NCBI GenBank assembly: GCA_051362555.1 | Contig: CM120641.1 | Coordinates: forward strand, 27,472,401 to 27,536,400 | DNA length: 64,000 nt | Origin: Lingula anatina | Lineage: Eukaryota > Animalia > Brachiopoda | Direction of reading: 5' to 3' | In this document: piece by piece, positions 26,362-40,559 of the stretch | How positions within the stretch are numbered: position 1 is the first letter of the stretch | Layout of the letters: every line of letters begins with the position of its first letter | Notes under the pieces: model-generated | The model's database searches: none | What the model was told of the DNA's origin: nothing | What the model saw: only the letters and a program-made list of their open reading frames with translations | Made by a program: the position numbers and the translations under genes

Positions 26362-28334
26362 CATAGATATAAATATATGCAATTCACACTATAAAACGGA
26401 GCTGGATGGTGCCTTATGATTGTAAATTATACCGATGTGAAGATAAATTAGTATGTCACGTATACTGAACAAAAATATAAACGCACGAAACTAAAATAGT
26501 CAGTCAAAATGGATAATTATGATATATGCCAAAGTTGATGGTTTATTTGTGAATTGATGGATTTGTATTGATCAAGTGTAGTGGTCTGGCTTCACTTGGA
26601 TGCTCCCCATGAGTATACTTTTAAGGTTTAGTTTTTCCACCCATAAGACTAATGGAGCATGACCGAGTGGAGGTCAATCTGCATGACCAATACACAAACA
26701 CTCCTTACAGTCTAGGCAATAAAAGGACACACATTTCTGCATTACATTACATTCTGCATTGCATGCAGGTGCATTACGCGGGTACCGTACATTAAGACTT
26801 GACATTTAATATGGAATATTTTTTCCAAGTCATTTTTCATTAGTTTTTTTCCTATTTTGCTGACTGATAAATGAAAATGAGGATTAAAATCGTGCTTTAA
26901 TAATTTTAAATTATCTCTTTAATGTCATGGTGACATCAGCTCATTGGTTGAATTCGACATTGAAGCAAATTTAAACAGAAATGCATTGCCTATTCTATGT
27001 CATACGGCATCCATTAAAAGAGATATTTTGGATCTCCATATTTTATAAATTATCGTCTGTAAAAGAGTTACACGCTCCACAAAGGACCCTCATGTCAATG
27101 TCTAGTCATAGTAACGGTCGCTGTTACGCCTGGCCTCTTCTGTCTGTTACCAGCGCTCTCAAGCGGCAAGGCATTCCTTGGGCTAGGTTTTTAGAGTTCA
27201 ATCTGGAATATTATTCCAGGCATAGGTCCAAAATTGTCCAATTTGGTCCAATTTTGATGAAGGGCATGTAGGCAGTTGATTCGTCGAGTAATGGCTTATT
27301 TTAATGACCAGGGTAGCTGCTAATTCCCTTGGTTCTGTAAGTTATCTGCTGTTAAAAGTGCTCTGTGTAAACTGGCAATCTCACCGTGCAACCTAAAATT
27401 GTTCCTAAGGTGCCCCCTATCAAATGATAGTCAAGTGGTTCCCAGATTATTCCTTTACTTGATCTGGTTCAGGTTTTCGTCAATGACTACCTTTGGTGTT
27501 TTGGCACCAATGTGGTATCCACTCCAAATACTGACGCTGTCAATGACCCGTGTCACTTCCGACGCGGCACATGCTTCGTCGTAGGCCTCTTCTGGATGTC
27601 TGTCAACTCTGTTTTGACTAGTTGGGCGGTACAGGTGAAATCTGACCTCAATAAAGAAAGCCACGTGGTTTCAGTCAGAAACGGTCATGGCCCCCAATTC
27701 ATTAAAGAAACAGACGACGATGTTTTGCTGTTTACAGTGGGTACCTCGGAGGTCGTCTGGTATTCTAACCTGCTAAAACCAGTTTGGTGTTCGTTAAGGG
27801 CCTTGTAAAACGCATTTTGGTGGCAATTTGCCCCTCGTTCTGAACGGACTAGGTGACTTTTGTGAAATGTCAAATACTGGTACAAGCATGTTGATCGTGC
27901 CTTTCAAATTGATATTTTCCTCTCGTGTATGCCCTCATGATTAATGCGTTAATAACAGAGCAACTCAATTTGGTGTCAAGGTTGTTATCAATATCATTAT
28001 TATTATGTTGTAACTGCACACACTGTTTTTATTTCAGATTCACCACCTGAAACATCATGCAGCTTATACAACCAAGATGAATGCCGCTTTAAAACAATGG
28101 AGAGATGAGGTACTGTTTAAACGATTTCGTAGAAACATTTCACTAGACAGAGACGTAGTTTTGTGTGAGTTGGTGACTTCAAGAATCCTCCGACAGTAGC
28201 GCCCCTAAATTGGCATCCGTATATTTAGAGAGAAGATTCAGTTTACTCTCTATTGTCCACAGATATATATATATATATAAATCTCTTCATTTGGACTTAT
28301 ATATATAAGATTCAGTTTACTCTCTAATGTCCAC

Positions 28335-28410
<76 letters not shown>

Positions 28411-28505
28411 GTGGACATTAGAGAGTAGTTCTGAATCTTATATATATAAGTCCAAATGAAGAGATTTATATATATATATATATCAGTTTACTCTCTAATG
28501 TCCAC

Positions 28506-28601
<96 letters not shown>

Positions 28602-30716
28602 GTGGACATTAGAGAGTAAACTGAATCTTATATATATAAGTCCAAATGAAGAGATTTATATATATATATATATATCTGTGGACAATAGAGAGTAAACTGA
28701 ATCTTATATATATAAGTCCAAATGAAGAGATTTAGATCTTAAGATCTCTTAAGATACCACATGATTTCTTTAAACAAAATACAAAGCTAGAGATTCAGGC
28801 AACGCACGTGCTGGTACTAGCGCATAGTGCTTTTTACTGCACTGGATGAAAGAGACCTTCCCAATTTCAATGTTAACACCGTAGTCTGAATCTTTTATCA
28901 CAAAAATTACATTTTTACTGTCCATTCTTATAGTTAGCATCTTTATACAGCAACGACATCTGATTTTGATCTTAAGTGTGCAAAATATATGGAAATGCAT
29001 TTTGGAATGCACTATTTCTGGGGTACCTTGGGTTTCGATAGCATCTCCGCTCCTCTTCGTCGATTTTGTTGCCTAGCGATTGCCATCCATAATTTTTTAA
29101 AATGAATTTTCTGGGGTACCTATACACATTTCCCTCAGCCTACTGGGATCAATCATTAATATCAGTTTGTTAGTGTTGTTAGTGATTAAGTGACGGAAAA
29201 TTACAAGGAATCACTCACCTTGGTCACAGTCGTGGTTCTCGTGAACAGGGGAATGTGCAAAAAAAAGTTAGAAAGGAATGATTTCTAAATTTAATAGAGG
29301 CAAGTGCACTATGGGGCAACGCATCCTAGCATGGCTGAATATCTCATTTTGATATTTATTTATTGCAGGACCCCGAAAACACGTTCGCCAACAGCTCCAT
29401 TTTGAATATTCTCCAAAATTTGTTCGATGTTCCTGAAAAATATAGGACAGCTTTGAGAAACAATGGGGGCGGGTAAGAAGTACATTTTCTACTGTTTTCC
29501 AGCGCGGTATAACTTTATTCTATTCAAATTAATTATTGTTGCAATACGAAAGTGCATTAAATGACTAGATATTTTACCTTCAGTCTTATCGTGGTTAACT
29601 TGTAGATATCACATATAACACTGGTCAAATTCGAGTTAAATCGGTGCGATTTTTGACTTACAAGTACCTTGAAGTTTATGAGCTGGTTTAGAGTATAGTA
29701 AGACAAAGCATATTTTGGTACAAACAGAATTCACTATTTAAAAATGTTAATATGCATATATTTCTTTAAATTGGGGAGGCGTTTGGTATTTTGAAACATC
29801 CGTTTGATATTTGAATATCTAACCATGGTTGCATAGAGACACAAACAGTTGCAGAAAGGTAATGCACCTGACCCGTGAGATACGTTTATACTGACTAACA
29901 AATGGTTATTATTTCCCACCAGGTATTTCAACCATGCTATATACTGGGCTTGTATGTCCCCCCGAGGTGCAGCTATAAATCAAGATTTGGAAAATGATAT
30001 AACAAAGGATTTTGGATCATACAATAATTTCACAAACCAGTTTACAACAAAGGCCATGGCATTTTTTGGCTCAGGTGAGATTAAGGGTGCATTCCCATAG
30101 ATTTTAGATCGATCTATCCCCGTGGGGAGTCTCACTAGATTACTGTCAAATAATCCGGCTTAAATGTCCGTCCCGCCTACTACAAGCTGTAAGGGGGTAA
30201 TTAACTTCCGTGCCCGCTCGGCTGACAGCTATTTAGCTTGAACCCCCAGGGAGTTAGGTCGATCTAGTTGGATCGATCTGATCTCTGGGAATGGGGTCTA
30301 ACACATATCCCAGTCTACTGGCACATACATGTATTTACTTAACTATGATTAGGCCTATTGGCATACTTGTATCTATTAAAAACAAAACGGTGCATTAATC
30401 GCTTTTGTATATAAAAAGTCCGGTTAGCACAGCACTATTTTTCTCTAAAACCATCCCTGTATCTGTGTGTAACATTTCTATCCAAGGATACGTGTGGCTA
30501 TCAAGAGGAGAGAATGGCCAGCTAGTCATTTCCACAACGGCAAATCAGGACTCGCCTGTGACGGAGAAACTCCACCCAATTCTGGTGATTGACATCTGGG
30601 AGCATGCGTACTACCTGAAGCACCAATATAGACGGGCAGACTTCGTGGCAGCTTGGTGGAAATTGGTTAACTGGACCGCTGTTGAGGATCTGGACAAGTG
30701 GTGGAAGGTTATCTAG
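25990..30716 (+). CDS. Fe/Mn superoxide dismutase (Mn-type) with signal peptide, copy 2, 243 aa, predicted secreted
   Basis: Exons 25990-26163 (GC donor), 28038-28109, 29369-29472, 29923-30074, 30487-30716; same exon sizes as copy 1; open frame; [37 protein letters not shown]. Confidence 0.93.
26463..26760. mobile_element. ~300-bp insertion in SOD copy 2 intron 1, probably a one-ended Tc1-like fragment
   Basis: Absent from copy 1 intron 1; starts after TA with TACTGAACAAAAATATAAACGCA, which resembles a Tc1-type terminus; no matching second end found. Confidence 0.5.
26795..27865 (-). mobile_element. Truncated Tc1-like element (same family as 59250-60911) in SOD copy 2 intron 1
   Basis: Begins with the TIR AGACTTGACATTTAATATGGAATATT and is colinear with about 59251-60350; decayed transposase on the minus strand ([26 protein letters not shown]). 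Confidence 0.85.
28234..28735. repeat. Nested inverted/tandem amplification around (TA)n tracts in SOD copy 2 intron 2
   Basis: Blocks GATTCAGTTTACTCTCTA(A/T)TGTCCACAGAT and TAAGTCCAAATGAAGAGATTT recur in both orientations, separated by (TA)n; copy 1 has a single instance near 19312-19370. Confidence 0.9.
30085..30298. mobile_element. PIF/Harbinger-like (Tourist-type) MITE in SOD copy 2 intron 4
   Basis: TAA|GGGTGCATTCCCA...TGGGAATGGGGTC|TAA; inner inverted AGATCGATC; absent from copy 1. Confidence 0.75.
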
Positions 30717-33611
30717 ACTCCTAGCGATTGACGGACTATCTGCACTGATAACATAAGTGGACTAATTGACTAAGGACTTTAAAATTTCTGCCCTTCCTGA
30801 GACATAGGCTGCGGAGAGTGGGAGGGGTGGCGGGGGAGTGGTTGAAAGAAAGTTTCTTTTGTTCTTAATGCTAGTATGAGTGGTACTCTTTCTTTCCCTC
30901 GATCCACCAGACTTTTTCCCTGTCTCCTACATTTCCTTCGGTCCTACTAGAGGAGTGCTATGTACTTTTTATTTTGTTTTGTTAAATATTGTATTCTGCT
31001 CGGAGATGGTAAAAATAAAAAACTATCTATCTATCTACAGGCGTAAGATTATGATAAACCTTCAACAGCTGCCCGACCCCGAGTATTCTAATCAGCCTAC
31101 ATGTACGACACTGACTTCCTTTCAAACTGGTAATCAGTGTCAATAAAAGAGTGTCTGCCACCCTTTCTGATGTTTTGATATCGATGAATGTTACAACCTT
31201 TGATGGAAACCAGAAGTAAATTAGATGTAAGAAATATGAAAGGTCTTCCCAAGAGTCACCCCTCCCCCCCCCCCCCAAGCTCCTGCGCTATATAAACCAA
31301 ATTTCTCAATTCAGTTATTTTAAGTTAATATTGTGGTTTTTTGTTCCTCTACTAGTAAATATACCAACGATCTTTTTGAGATGTAATGATACCGGTTTAG
31401 GCATGCACGAACGCGTAAAACATACATGTATTTCATAGAACCTCTCAAAGAAGGAATAATCAAAAGTAAATACGAAATGAAAAATTAGAATAAGATTTGA
31501 AAGAAGCAATTAAACATGTTCAAATGATTACTTCTGGGTCCTGTTTCCAAAATGTCCAAAGTCAGATTTCGGGGTAACATCTTAGCCTACTAACATTTGG
31601 TTGACTACACTGCGTTTCACAAAAGAATCTTAAATGCCGCTTAGCTATTTTATTACAGCATATTGCCCCTGAAATTAACGCCCACAAACCACAGATATTA
31701 GCTTACAAAGCAGCAGTCTAAAGTAGCCGCCCACTGAAACCAAACAGCTGAGAGTATTTTTAACCACTTTTCAATTTCAATTCAATTTATTAAACCTTTG
31801 AGCCCTACGGCTCATCAGAATATAAAACAGCGACAATATAAAGTTATATCTAATCAACTACCATTACTACAACTACTACTGATACAAACAACAACAACAA
31901 CAATAATAATAATAATAATAATAATAATAATTCATCAGATTGACATATAACATATTCAGCGTCAGTCTATAAGTGATGATCAGTGATGGCTAGGCACTGT
32001 TTTCTGCCTACCGTCATGCCTGCTGCAGAAAGAAAAACTTACACTTAACAGGTTTGTCATTAAAACACTCTCGAATTTAGCAGTCTATAAGCTTAGTCCG
32101 TAGACTTAAGCCTTTTTTAAACATTAAACAGAGTCCAGATCTGCATTTGAACAAAGACTTTCACTAGGGCATGCAAGTACTTCATCAGTTGAACTAATTA
32201 AGCACATGTATGTTTGATTTTTACAATTCAGTATTCAAAATTGAGCCAATTTAATGTCTTATGATATTTTAAATTGGTGATCGGAGCAACTGTAACCATA
32301 TTTTAAGTAAAATAAAATTTTCATTGAAAAAAAGATTGCTACTGCAGGCGACATATTTCGTTAGGTAATTCGCATAATTTGAGAAAGGCTATTACTGGTA
32401 ATCAATCAACTTCAAACAATTTTCATTTATGAAAATAACAATTTGAAAACAAATGAAACTTTAATTGGAACAAATAAAAAAAGAAAAGGACGCTCTCTGG
32501 TGAAATGGGCGCTGTCCCCTGGTTATTAGGCTACTTGGTGAAGTTTTAAACAAACAAACAAACAAGCACACAAACAAACAAACACACAAGCTGCCAAAAA
32601 CTCTCTCTCTCATAAAAAAAGGAAAAAGAAAAAAGATGTATATACATATCACACACACACACAACAAATTAATAAGAATAGTTAGGTTTATAACGGAGGT
32701 ATGCTGAATAAGCGACTGTCATGGACGCCGAGCCAACGCAGCAGGTCCCTGAATATAATAAACCTTAGCAAAATGAATTCAACTGGTCATTGTTACGTGC
32801 ACATTCAGTTCTGCTCATGAGATTTTAAACAGTGTCGGACAGACCGCGGCCATCCCCGTATCTTCATAACATACGAATATCGTACTCGCTTGGGCATCTC
32901 TCAATACTTCAAATTAGCTGCACCTTGCACACAAATAACGAATGCTACGCAATTCTTCGGTGCTACGTAAGAGCAAAACCACATTTATATAAGATTTAAC
33001 GTGGAGGTACTTACAAGCGTGCCAAAAATTAATGTATAACATGTACTTGCATGTATTTGTTTATTTTGTTAATTTTGAATATTGAGTTGCACTGCCTTTC
33101 ATTAAGTTGTTGTACCATCAACGTGTGTACAGGTATTATTCGGCCTGGAACCGCATATAGTGGAGGATTAACTGAAATCCCATTAGATCTGGACGATGAT
33201 ATCTCTTCTGTTTCAAATCATTTTGAGTTCATTTTCTAGAATTAAATAGAGAAAGATAAAGATAAATATAACTACGGAAAGATGAACAAAATGTGTTAAG
33301 CGGTATTTTAGGTGTAAAAATTATGCTTCCGGTAAGTATGATTTAGTAGTTTTCCTCATTAAAGCTTGAGATACACACTGGTAAAGTATGTAGGCAAGCA
33401 AAAAAAGGTAGAATTTGTAAGCGGGATAACGTTGTTTATAGCTTGGACCAAGATAATGTTTCGCATTGCGTGCGTCGCTTAACAAACAACAAGGGCGACC
33501 TGATTGCGTCACAAGAGAATATTGCATAACGTAAGGTTCCATTCCCAGACGTCTTGGAGCAATGTTATCCAACTCGTACCTAGTTTTTAATGCGTTTGCA
33601 CAATATCTTGT

Positions 33612-33850
33612 AACACTTTGTAACGGACGTGTTTCGGTTAAATACATTCATTATAATAATTGTTTTCAGTCTGTACATCTGTCTTTAAGATTTTGTGCAA
33701 ATTTTAGATAAAAAGGGTAAATGATACATGCGCTTACACTGCAGTATCTAATAACACTTTGTAACGGACGTGTTCCGGCTGAAGACATTCATTATAAAAT
33801 TGTTTTCAGTCTGCACACCTGTCTTTTAGATTTTGCGTATATTTTAGTTG
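33612..33850. repeat. Imperfect tandem duplication, ~140-bp unit
   Basis: TAACACTTTGTAACGGACGTGTT...ACATTCATTATAA..TTGTTTTCAGTCTG occurs twice. Confidence 0.8.
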
Positions 33851-34449
33851 GTAAAGATAGATTATTTGTTGCTCGTAAGATTATAAGTTTAAACACTTCA
33901 ACTCCATGGTGTCAATTAGTAAAAATAAACATTGTTAAGTGAAAAAAATTATTATGCAAATAAGAAATAATAGGATAACGTGTTAAATTAAAGTGAAAGT
34001 GGATTGATTTAATTGATCTTACGTGTAGTCATTAGTAGCTAAAATGTCAATATCAGAATTTACTATATGTGATCTTGGACAAATAAATGATTTAAACTTT
34101 TTTATGGGCGCTTGGAGAGTCAGGGAAATATAGTAATGAATGAAATATAGTAATGAATGAAATAGGCATTATTCCATTTGTTCTCTTTTGAATATAAGAC
34201 CGCCTTCAACACATGATAACTGATTGTTTTATTACATTTCAGCATTGTGTTGTTAAGGTGTGTAGAGTGAGTATTGTATGTTTGTTTGCTAGTCTGTGAT
34301 GTCAATAAAAAAAGAAAAGAAAAAAAATAATGATAATATTAATAATAATATTCACGTTATAAACGCTTGTTTTCCACACAATCTTTGACAAAAACGTACT
34401 ACCGCTTAATCGATATTAATTATGACGGATGCAGCGTTATCGAAAGACA

Positions 34450-34484
<35 letters not shown>

Positions 34485-35833
34485 AAAGCCGCTTCAAAGA
34501 TGCATCAAATTCTATACACATTGGGCTTTATTCACACCGTATCGGTGACGCGAAAGGTTTAAGAAGCAGGGTGATGAAATAAATTCATCGGTCACTCATA
34601 CAGTGTACATGTACCGGTGGATTCCTTAAGTCCGCTGCCGAATGTGTCAAATCGAGTCGTCACGAGGAAAGGGGTGGGGGGTACGATCACCACAAATTGC
34701 CATTTTGATCAACTGGAGCGAATGCTTTGTACAGAAGATTTATCAACGAGTTCAATCGAATGTAAGAGTGGTGAGGTAACAAGTATAAACCAGCTGAAAC
34801 GCTGGTCAGTTGTGAAAAATGTTCACATTGCTCGAAAAAACTTTTAGTATTTGGGTATACAGCTGAAATTTAAAAACAAGGTCAATGCACTGATACATTT
34901 TTATTTCTAGTTATGAAAGCAGCGTGTGGCAGAGGGAGGGGGGTGAATAACAGGAGACAAAAAGTATGTTGGCACGTGCGCGCACGTGTGACAGATGTGC
35001 TAGGGACCACAGAGTTGGAAAATAATTTATAAACAACATTATTAAATCCTCATGTTATTGATTCAGTTATTATAAGTGGAAGTTTAAGTTTAAGTTTTGT
35101 CTCAATGCATAAATGATAATATTGCAATTTAGCATGTGTAAGTAGCTTTAGATTACATTTCATACCTTAGAGGTTCAAATTTTACTGTCGTTGTTTCAAG
35201 CCTAGTGGTTCATTGGATCTAGATTATATGGAGCTCTTGTGTGTGTCCACCTTGCCAGCGGACTTGGGTTTGAGGTAACCAATCGGTTTATGATTGATAT
35301 GATTGACATTTTTATTTGATAATGCTGCATAAAATTTTAGGAATACTGAAGAGAAAAAAGGGAGAGAGTCTTGATTGAAGCTTAGATTTGACCATGCTCG
35401 TGCCATGCAACTTAAAGTTTAGTAAAATATAATGTGTTGGTGTTACAACATGAAGTCTTTTCATTCTTTTCCGTGTTCAGAGATAGAATATGGGAATCTC
35501 AGTAGCAGCATTAAGGATCGCGTTACCCAAAGATCAAAGCCCGTAGTGTTCAGCCTCTAGGGTTAAAAGTTTATTTATTAATTTGTTGTCGAAGGTCCAA
35601 GGTTAGATAGGGTTGGAAGGATATCTTCACAATGTAGTGACGAAGACCGAAGAGAAGTCAAGGTTATTGAAAACATGACGAGACTAACAGATCATGCAGT
35701 TCTTGCGTGAGTCCCAGTTTACCACCGATAAACACGTTGGGCGCTAGACATAGCTGACCAACAAAACATCAAACTCAAATGAATGAAAATAACCAACCAA
35801 GTGAGAAAAAATTTGGCGGTGGGAACTTACGGG

Positions 35834-35896
35834 TATAAATACCCAGGGTAGCCTAATTTTCTCTCATCACTCAAGACGACCAGATAAGGCGTAAGA
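35834..35896 (+). promoter_or_regulatory. Candidate TATA promoter and short non-coding first exon of the SLC6 gene
   Basis: TATAAATA at 35834, an Inr-like TCA about 30 nt downstream, donor-like GTAAG at 35891; acceptor-like pyrimidine tract plus AG at 38424-25 ahead of the ATG. Inference only. Confidence 0.35.
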
Positions 35897-37190
35897 AGAA
35901 ATAGTGAGTTATTTGCTTTTTTCTTTTAGCGGAATATATAACTACTGTAACAGTAAATGATGCAAAGGTGTTTTAGCTTATTTTCATTTTTACCCTTTCA
36001 GCTGCAGATTTTAATTTTTTTTCTTAAAACTTCAATTTTCCTTTATTTTTCCTTTTCCTTTTATTTTTCCCTTATTTTTTAGCAAAATATACAATGATAA
36101 TAATTATTATTATATCTAAACACTGCTAGTGTTTTTTGATCATGTGCATTTGATAGCTTTGAAAGCGTTTAGTGATATTTCATTGTTGAAGATATTTTTG
36201 TGTTATTCGACATTATTGCCTCTCTTTTTTGTCTCTATATAATGACATTGGCGCTAGCAAATATAATGGCAATGTCCATAGTTTGTTAGCCGATCTTTCA
36301 CTGATCTTTATTTTCATAACGATACCAATATGTGACTAATTTGGGGAAATTCTTCAATTAAAAGATCACCCCTTTCTACTTTTTTAATGACGATATCGCA
36401 TTTTCATCCGTTCAATTAAATAGGCTGGACGATACTGTTCTGAAATTGTTTTCTTATTTACTCGGCTATCTATACTCGGTTTCACACTGTGTGATAGACA
36501 AATGTATGACGATATATTTCAAGGTGGTCATTCCATAAAACCAATAGGCCGTGACATTGACAGAGAGCACTTTAAAAATCTATGAATCAACCAACAATAT
36601 TACTTTCAATAAGATAATTTTGAAGATTAGAAGCAAACAATCATTTCATAACCATAAGTGAAACAGTCTATTTTCTGAACTATTGCTTCAAAATTGCTAT
36701 ATTGGGAGTCTTTGGGCGTTCATATTTCTCTTTAAATTTTTCTGAGAATAACGAGATTTGCCCTGTCTATTAAAAGGTATATTTCTATTAGTCATATGAA
36801 GTCACACTTGTATTATTCCAATAAAGGCCGTGATGTTGGACTTCAAATATCGCAAATAACAATTTTGGACCATCAAGCAACACTTTTTTCTTTAACAAAA
36901 GCTTAAAATTGGTTTGTGTCACACAATTAATCCTCGAAGTACAGGCTAAATAATTAAATATATTAAATATTTAAAATAACGTAATTTGTCATCAAGACAT
37001 ATATTCATATTTTTCATTTAAAGTTACACTTGGGAAAGTAATGCATATCGCAATGCCGCATTTCAGCAATTTTGACTTATACCTGTACAGTGGATAACTA
37101 ATCAATGGAACTTCGAACAACCTGAATACATATACCAAGCCATTATAAAATATACAAAATATTATTTTTGAAGAAAACATCACACACAAT

Positions 37191-37452
37191 TAAGTCACAA
37201 CAAAGTTAGCTTGTTTGGTGTTGTGAGTTTCGTGTGTGGTGTTGTAAGTTTTGTGAGTGGTATTATACGTTTTGTGTGGTGTTGTGAGCTCGTTTGGTGT
37301 TGTGAGTTTTGTGTGGGGTGTTGTGAATTTTGTGTGGTGTTGTGAGTTTCGTTTGTGTTGTGAGTATTGTACCGGGTATGTGCTGGTGTTGTGAGTTTCG
37401 TGTCTGTTGTTATGACGTTCGTGTGGTGTTGTGACCCTTACACGCTTCCGTA
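37191..37452. repeat. Degenerate ~20-bp minisatellite (GTGTGGTGTTGTGAGTTT), possibly subterminal repeats of a decayed MITE
   Basis: Roughly ten imperfect units flanked by a partial inverted repeat GTCACAACA / TGTTGTGAC. Confidence 0.7.
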
Positions 37453-40400
37453 CCTTTCAGTCTCAATGCAGTTGTCATACGCCTTCTGTGCGGTTTCTTT
37501 GAAAACCGATCTGTTGTCGGTACAGCCCCCTACAATTTTAAGCACCCACGTGGTCATAGTAAAAACAATGAAGGAGCAAGTGCCCTTTGCGTGTTGAGTA
37601 CGGCGCACGCCCTCACAGCTAACGAACGAAGCCGAAAGCACACCGGGAATGCGTCGCACGTGCGTCACCCCATCGCCTGGAGTATATAAAAGGCGTGCTC
37701 ACGACACACGCTCGTGTCTCGACAATGAACGTCGATTGTGCAACGTGTACAACATTTCTGTCGAGAATTAGGGGACCGTGACTGCCCATTTACGTTTCAG
37801 AATGATAATGCTATACTCCACGTACAGCTAATGCAACAGTAGTCTGGCTATATGCAAACCAGATCCACACTCCCCAATGCACAGCTAAATCTCGAGATGA
37901 GGAACTCATTGAGGATTTGTGGGATATCCTTGGAAATGGATAACTGAAGGATAACCCTGCAAACAAAAATGATCTCATACAAAGTAAAATCTTTGTACCG
38001 TTTGTGGAACGCCATCACTCTGCGGACGTTACAGAACTTTTTTGACTCCACACACCAACGCGTCAATTGCGTCTTCTAATCCAGATGAAATTGTACAAAA
38101 TATAACAACATGGCTTTGATTTTTCTACTCTGGTTAACTTATTCATTGGTTGCACAATTAGTAATACAGTTTTGTGTAAAAAAAATCCCTTCATAAGTTG
38201 GTGATGACATGATTATTTGTATCACTTTATGAATTGCATAAGGTGTGATACTTATTGCTTGGAGAGTAAAGATTACTAAACTGGCTAAATTGTGACACAA
38301 ACGCCCCCTTCTCTTATTCAGTTATTTTTCATCAAAACAGCAATTGCACACACGATTTTTAGTAAAAGATATCTTGTTTTTGAAACAAGAAAAAACTTCA
38401 AGTCTTTCCCTTTCCTTTTCCAAAGGAAAAACACACGTCCTTGAACTCTGGATCCAAAAATATGAAGGACGAGCCATGTTCTGAAATGGGCCGCTCAGAC
38501 TCGGTGGTAGACTCCGTAGAAGAGAAGAAGCGTCGTACCTGGGGAGGCCAGTTGGAATTCATTATTTCCTGTGCTGCTGTTGGTCTAGGAGCAGTGTGGC
38601 GCTTTCCGTATCTATGTTACAGGAACGGTGGAGGTAAGTGCCATCGGGGCTAAAATCTCAACTACCACAATTTTAACAGCAATGGTACATCAGTAGCCAG
38701 GAATATTTTACTTTAAAAGTTACTCTTTCTCTTGGATTTTCTGAAACGGTCTATGATTCAAGTGATTACGTATTTCGACTAACGGCTGCTTGTGGTACAC
38801 TGTTGCTCTGTTAAAATCCTTGTATTTCCAGGCGCGTTTTTGATACCATACTGCGTCAGCTGGGCCCTAATTATCCTTCCATTATACTTCATGGAGCTAT
38901 GTTTCGGTCAGTTTGCCAGCCTTGGACCTATCGCTGTTTGGAAAATTAATCCACTGTTCAAAGGTAAGACTGAATTTTCGCATTCTTGTATGTTAGATGT
39001 CTTGTTTCCTTTTGACAGATATCTTATTTTAGAAGATTACATCGAACAAATAATTTTTCATCCGTATAATCCTCTAGGTATTGGTTATGGCATGGTGGTG
39101 ACTTGCTGGTTTCTTACTCTGTACTACAGCGTTCTCATCGGCTACTGTATTCACTACTTCTTCGCCTCAATGACGGCCATTTTGCCTTGGTCTACTTGTG
39201 GGAATGTTTGGAATACTGAAGATTGTTTAGTTGGTAAGCATATCGTTCCCTGGTATAATAATGCTAATGATGATGATGATGATATACAATAATACAATGT
39301 AGTAAATAATAAGAAAAAGCAAAAACAACGTTTCTCTCATTTTTGCAAGCATTGAAAAACCGCCTGAGAGATTTATTGTGGTTACCGAGTCTCCTTAATT
39401 TGCTGCAGTTACAATAAAAGTTAAAAAATTAATGCAATTTTGCTTTTTCAATTATACGGGAGTCGCACATGTATAAATGTAACGTTTGTCATTTGTTTCT
39501 GAGTTGGCGGAGGTACACCAACGGACGCCACCAACTTAACCATTAGAACAACGCTTCTGAATACTACCGATACTACCGAGATTACCGTCACTTCACCAAG
39601 CGAAGAATATTTTTAGTAAGATAATCAAACTCTGAATACAGTGCTGCTTTTGGTCCCCTAGCCTCATTTAAGAGCAGTTTGGAAATAAAAAAAATATTGT
39701 GAAACCATGAAAACAGCATCAACTTTACACTCACGTTTTTAGATAAGAATAGTAAATACATTACTGTTGATGGCTGGAATATAACGGTTAATCCTATGGG
39801 CTACACGCTGTTTAATATTTGTAGCCGTAAAGTCCTGGAGATGACTGATGGGATAGAGAATTCAGGGGGTCTCAAGTGGGACCTTGTCCTGTGTCATCTG
39901 CTGGCCTGGGTGATTGTGTCGTTGGTCCTGATCAAGGGAGTCAAGTCCATGGGGAAGGTGAGCTATAGAGGCATGTGCATATAAGCTAGTAGATATGTGC
40001 TAACAGCGATGACTGCAAAGTAGGCCTACATTTATATATCCCTCCAAAGTTTTACCAGCTGGCTTGGCTTACATTTCGGTGTACATTTATATAATCTGGA
40101 TATTTCCCAACTGTCTGACATGAACCTCTCGCATGTTCAATTTGTGGAAAGGAGATAATAAATTGTATATTGATTCTTAATAATTCCAATTTTCCTTTTT
40201 TTTTCATCCAGTAAAAACCGCATGGTATTTGCGATATCCTCACTTGCCGTTTCAGACACAAGTTCATTTCGTAAGTGTTATTTTTATATTTTTTTCAATC
40301 AAACTAGCATTCGTTTACATTCCATGTCTTTATAATTTACAGGCCATATATTTCACCGCCATCTTCCCACACATTATCATGGCCGTCCTCCTTGTACGTG

Positions 40401-40559
40401 GTGCTTTGTTGGAGGGATCTGCTGAAGGCATTAAGTATTATCTGACGCCTGACTTTAAGCGACTTCTTCACTCTGAGGTAATATTCAATTCAGTATATTC
40501 AATTTTCAGCTTTCCAATAAACAGCTTTCAGTAGTATTGGGGTTAAATATGTGTAAAGC

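Larger units (their letters stand above)
25672..32751 (+). repeat. Segmental duplication unit B (SOD copy 2 plus flanks)
   Basis: Colinear with 18117-24506 apart from different insertions; ends approximate. Confidence 0.9.

Noticed and set aside
37213-37433. Regularly spaced short repeats that superficially resemble a CRISPR array
   Set aside because: Units are degenerate and adjacent with no unique spacers, there are no cas genes, and the context is eukaryotic.
37683-37693. TATATAAAAGG in a GC-richer patch as an SLC6 promoter or LTR
   Set aside because: No paired LTR, primer-binding site or clear downstream donor was found, so it cannot be supported.
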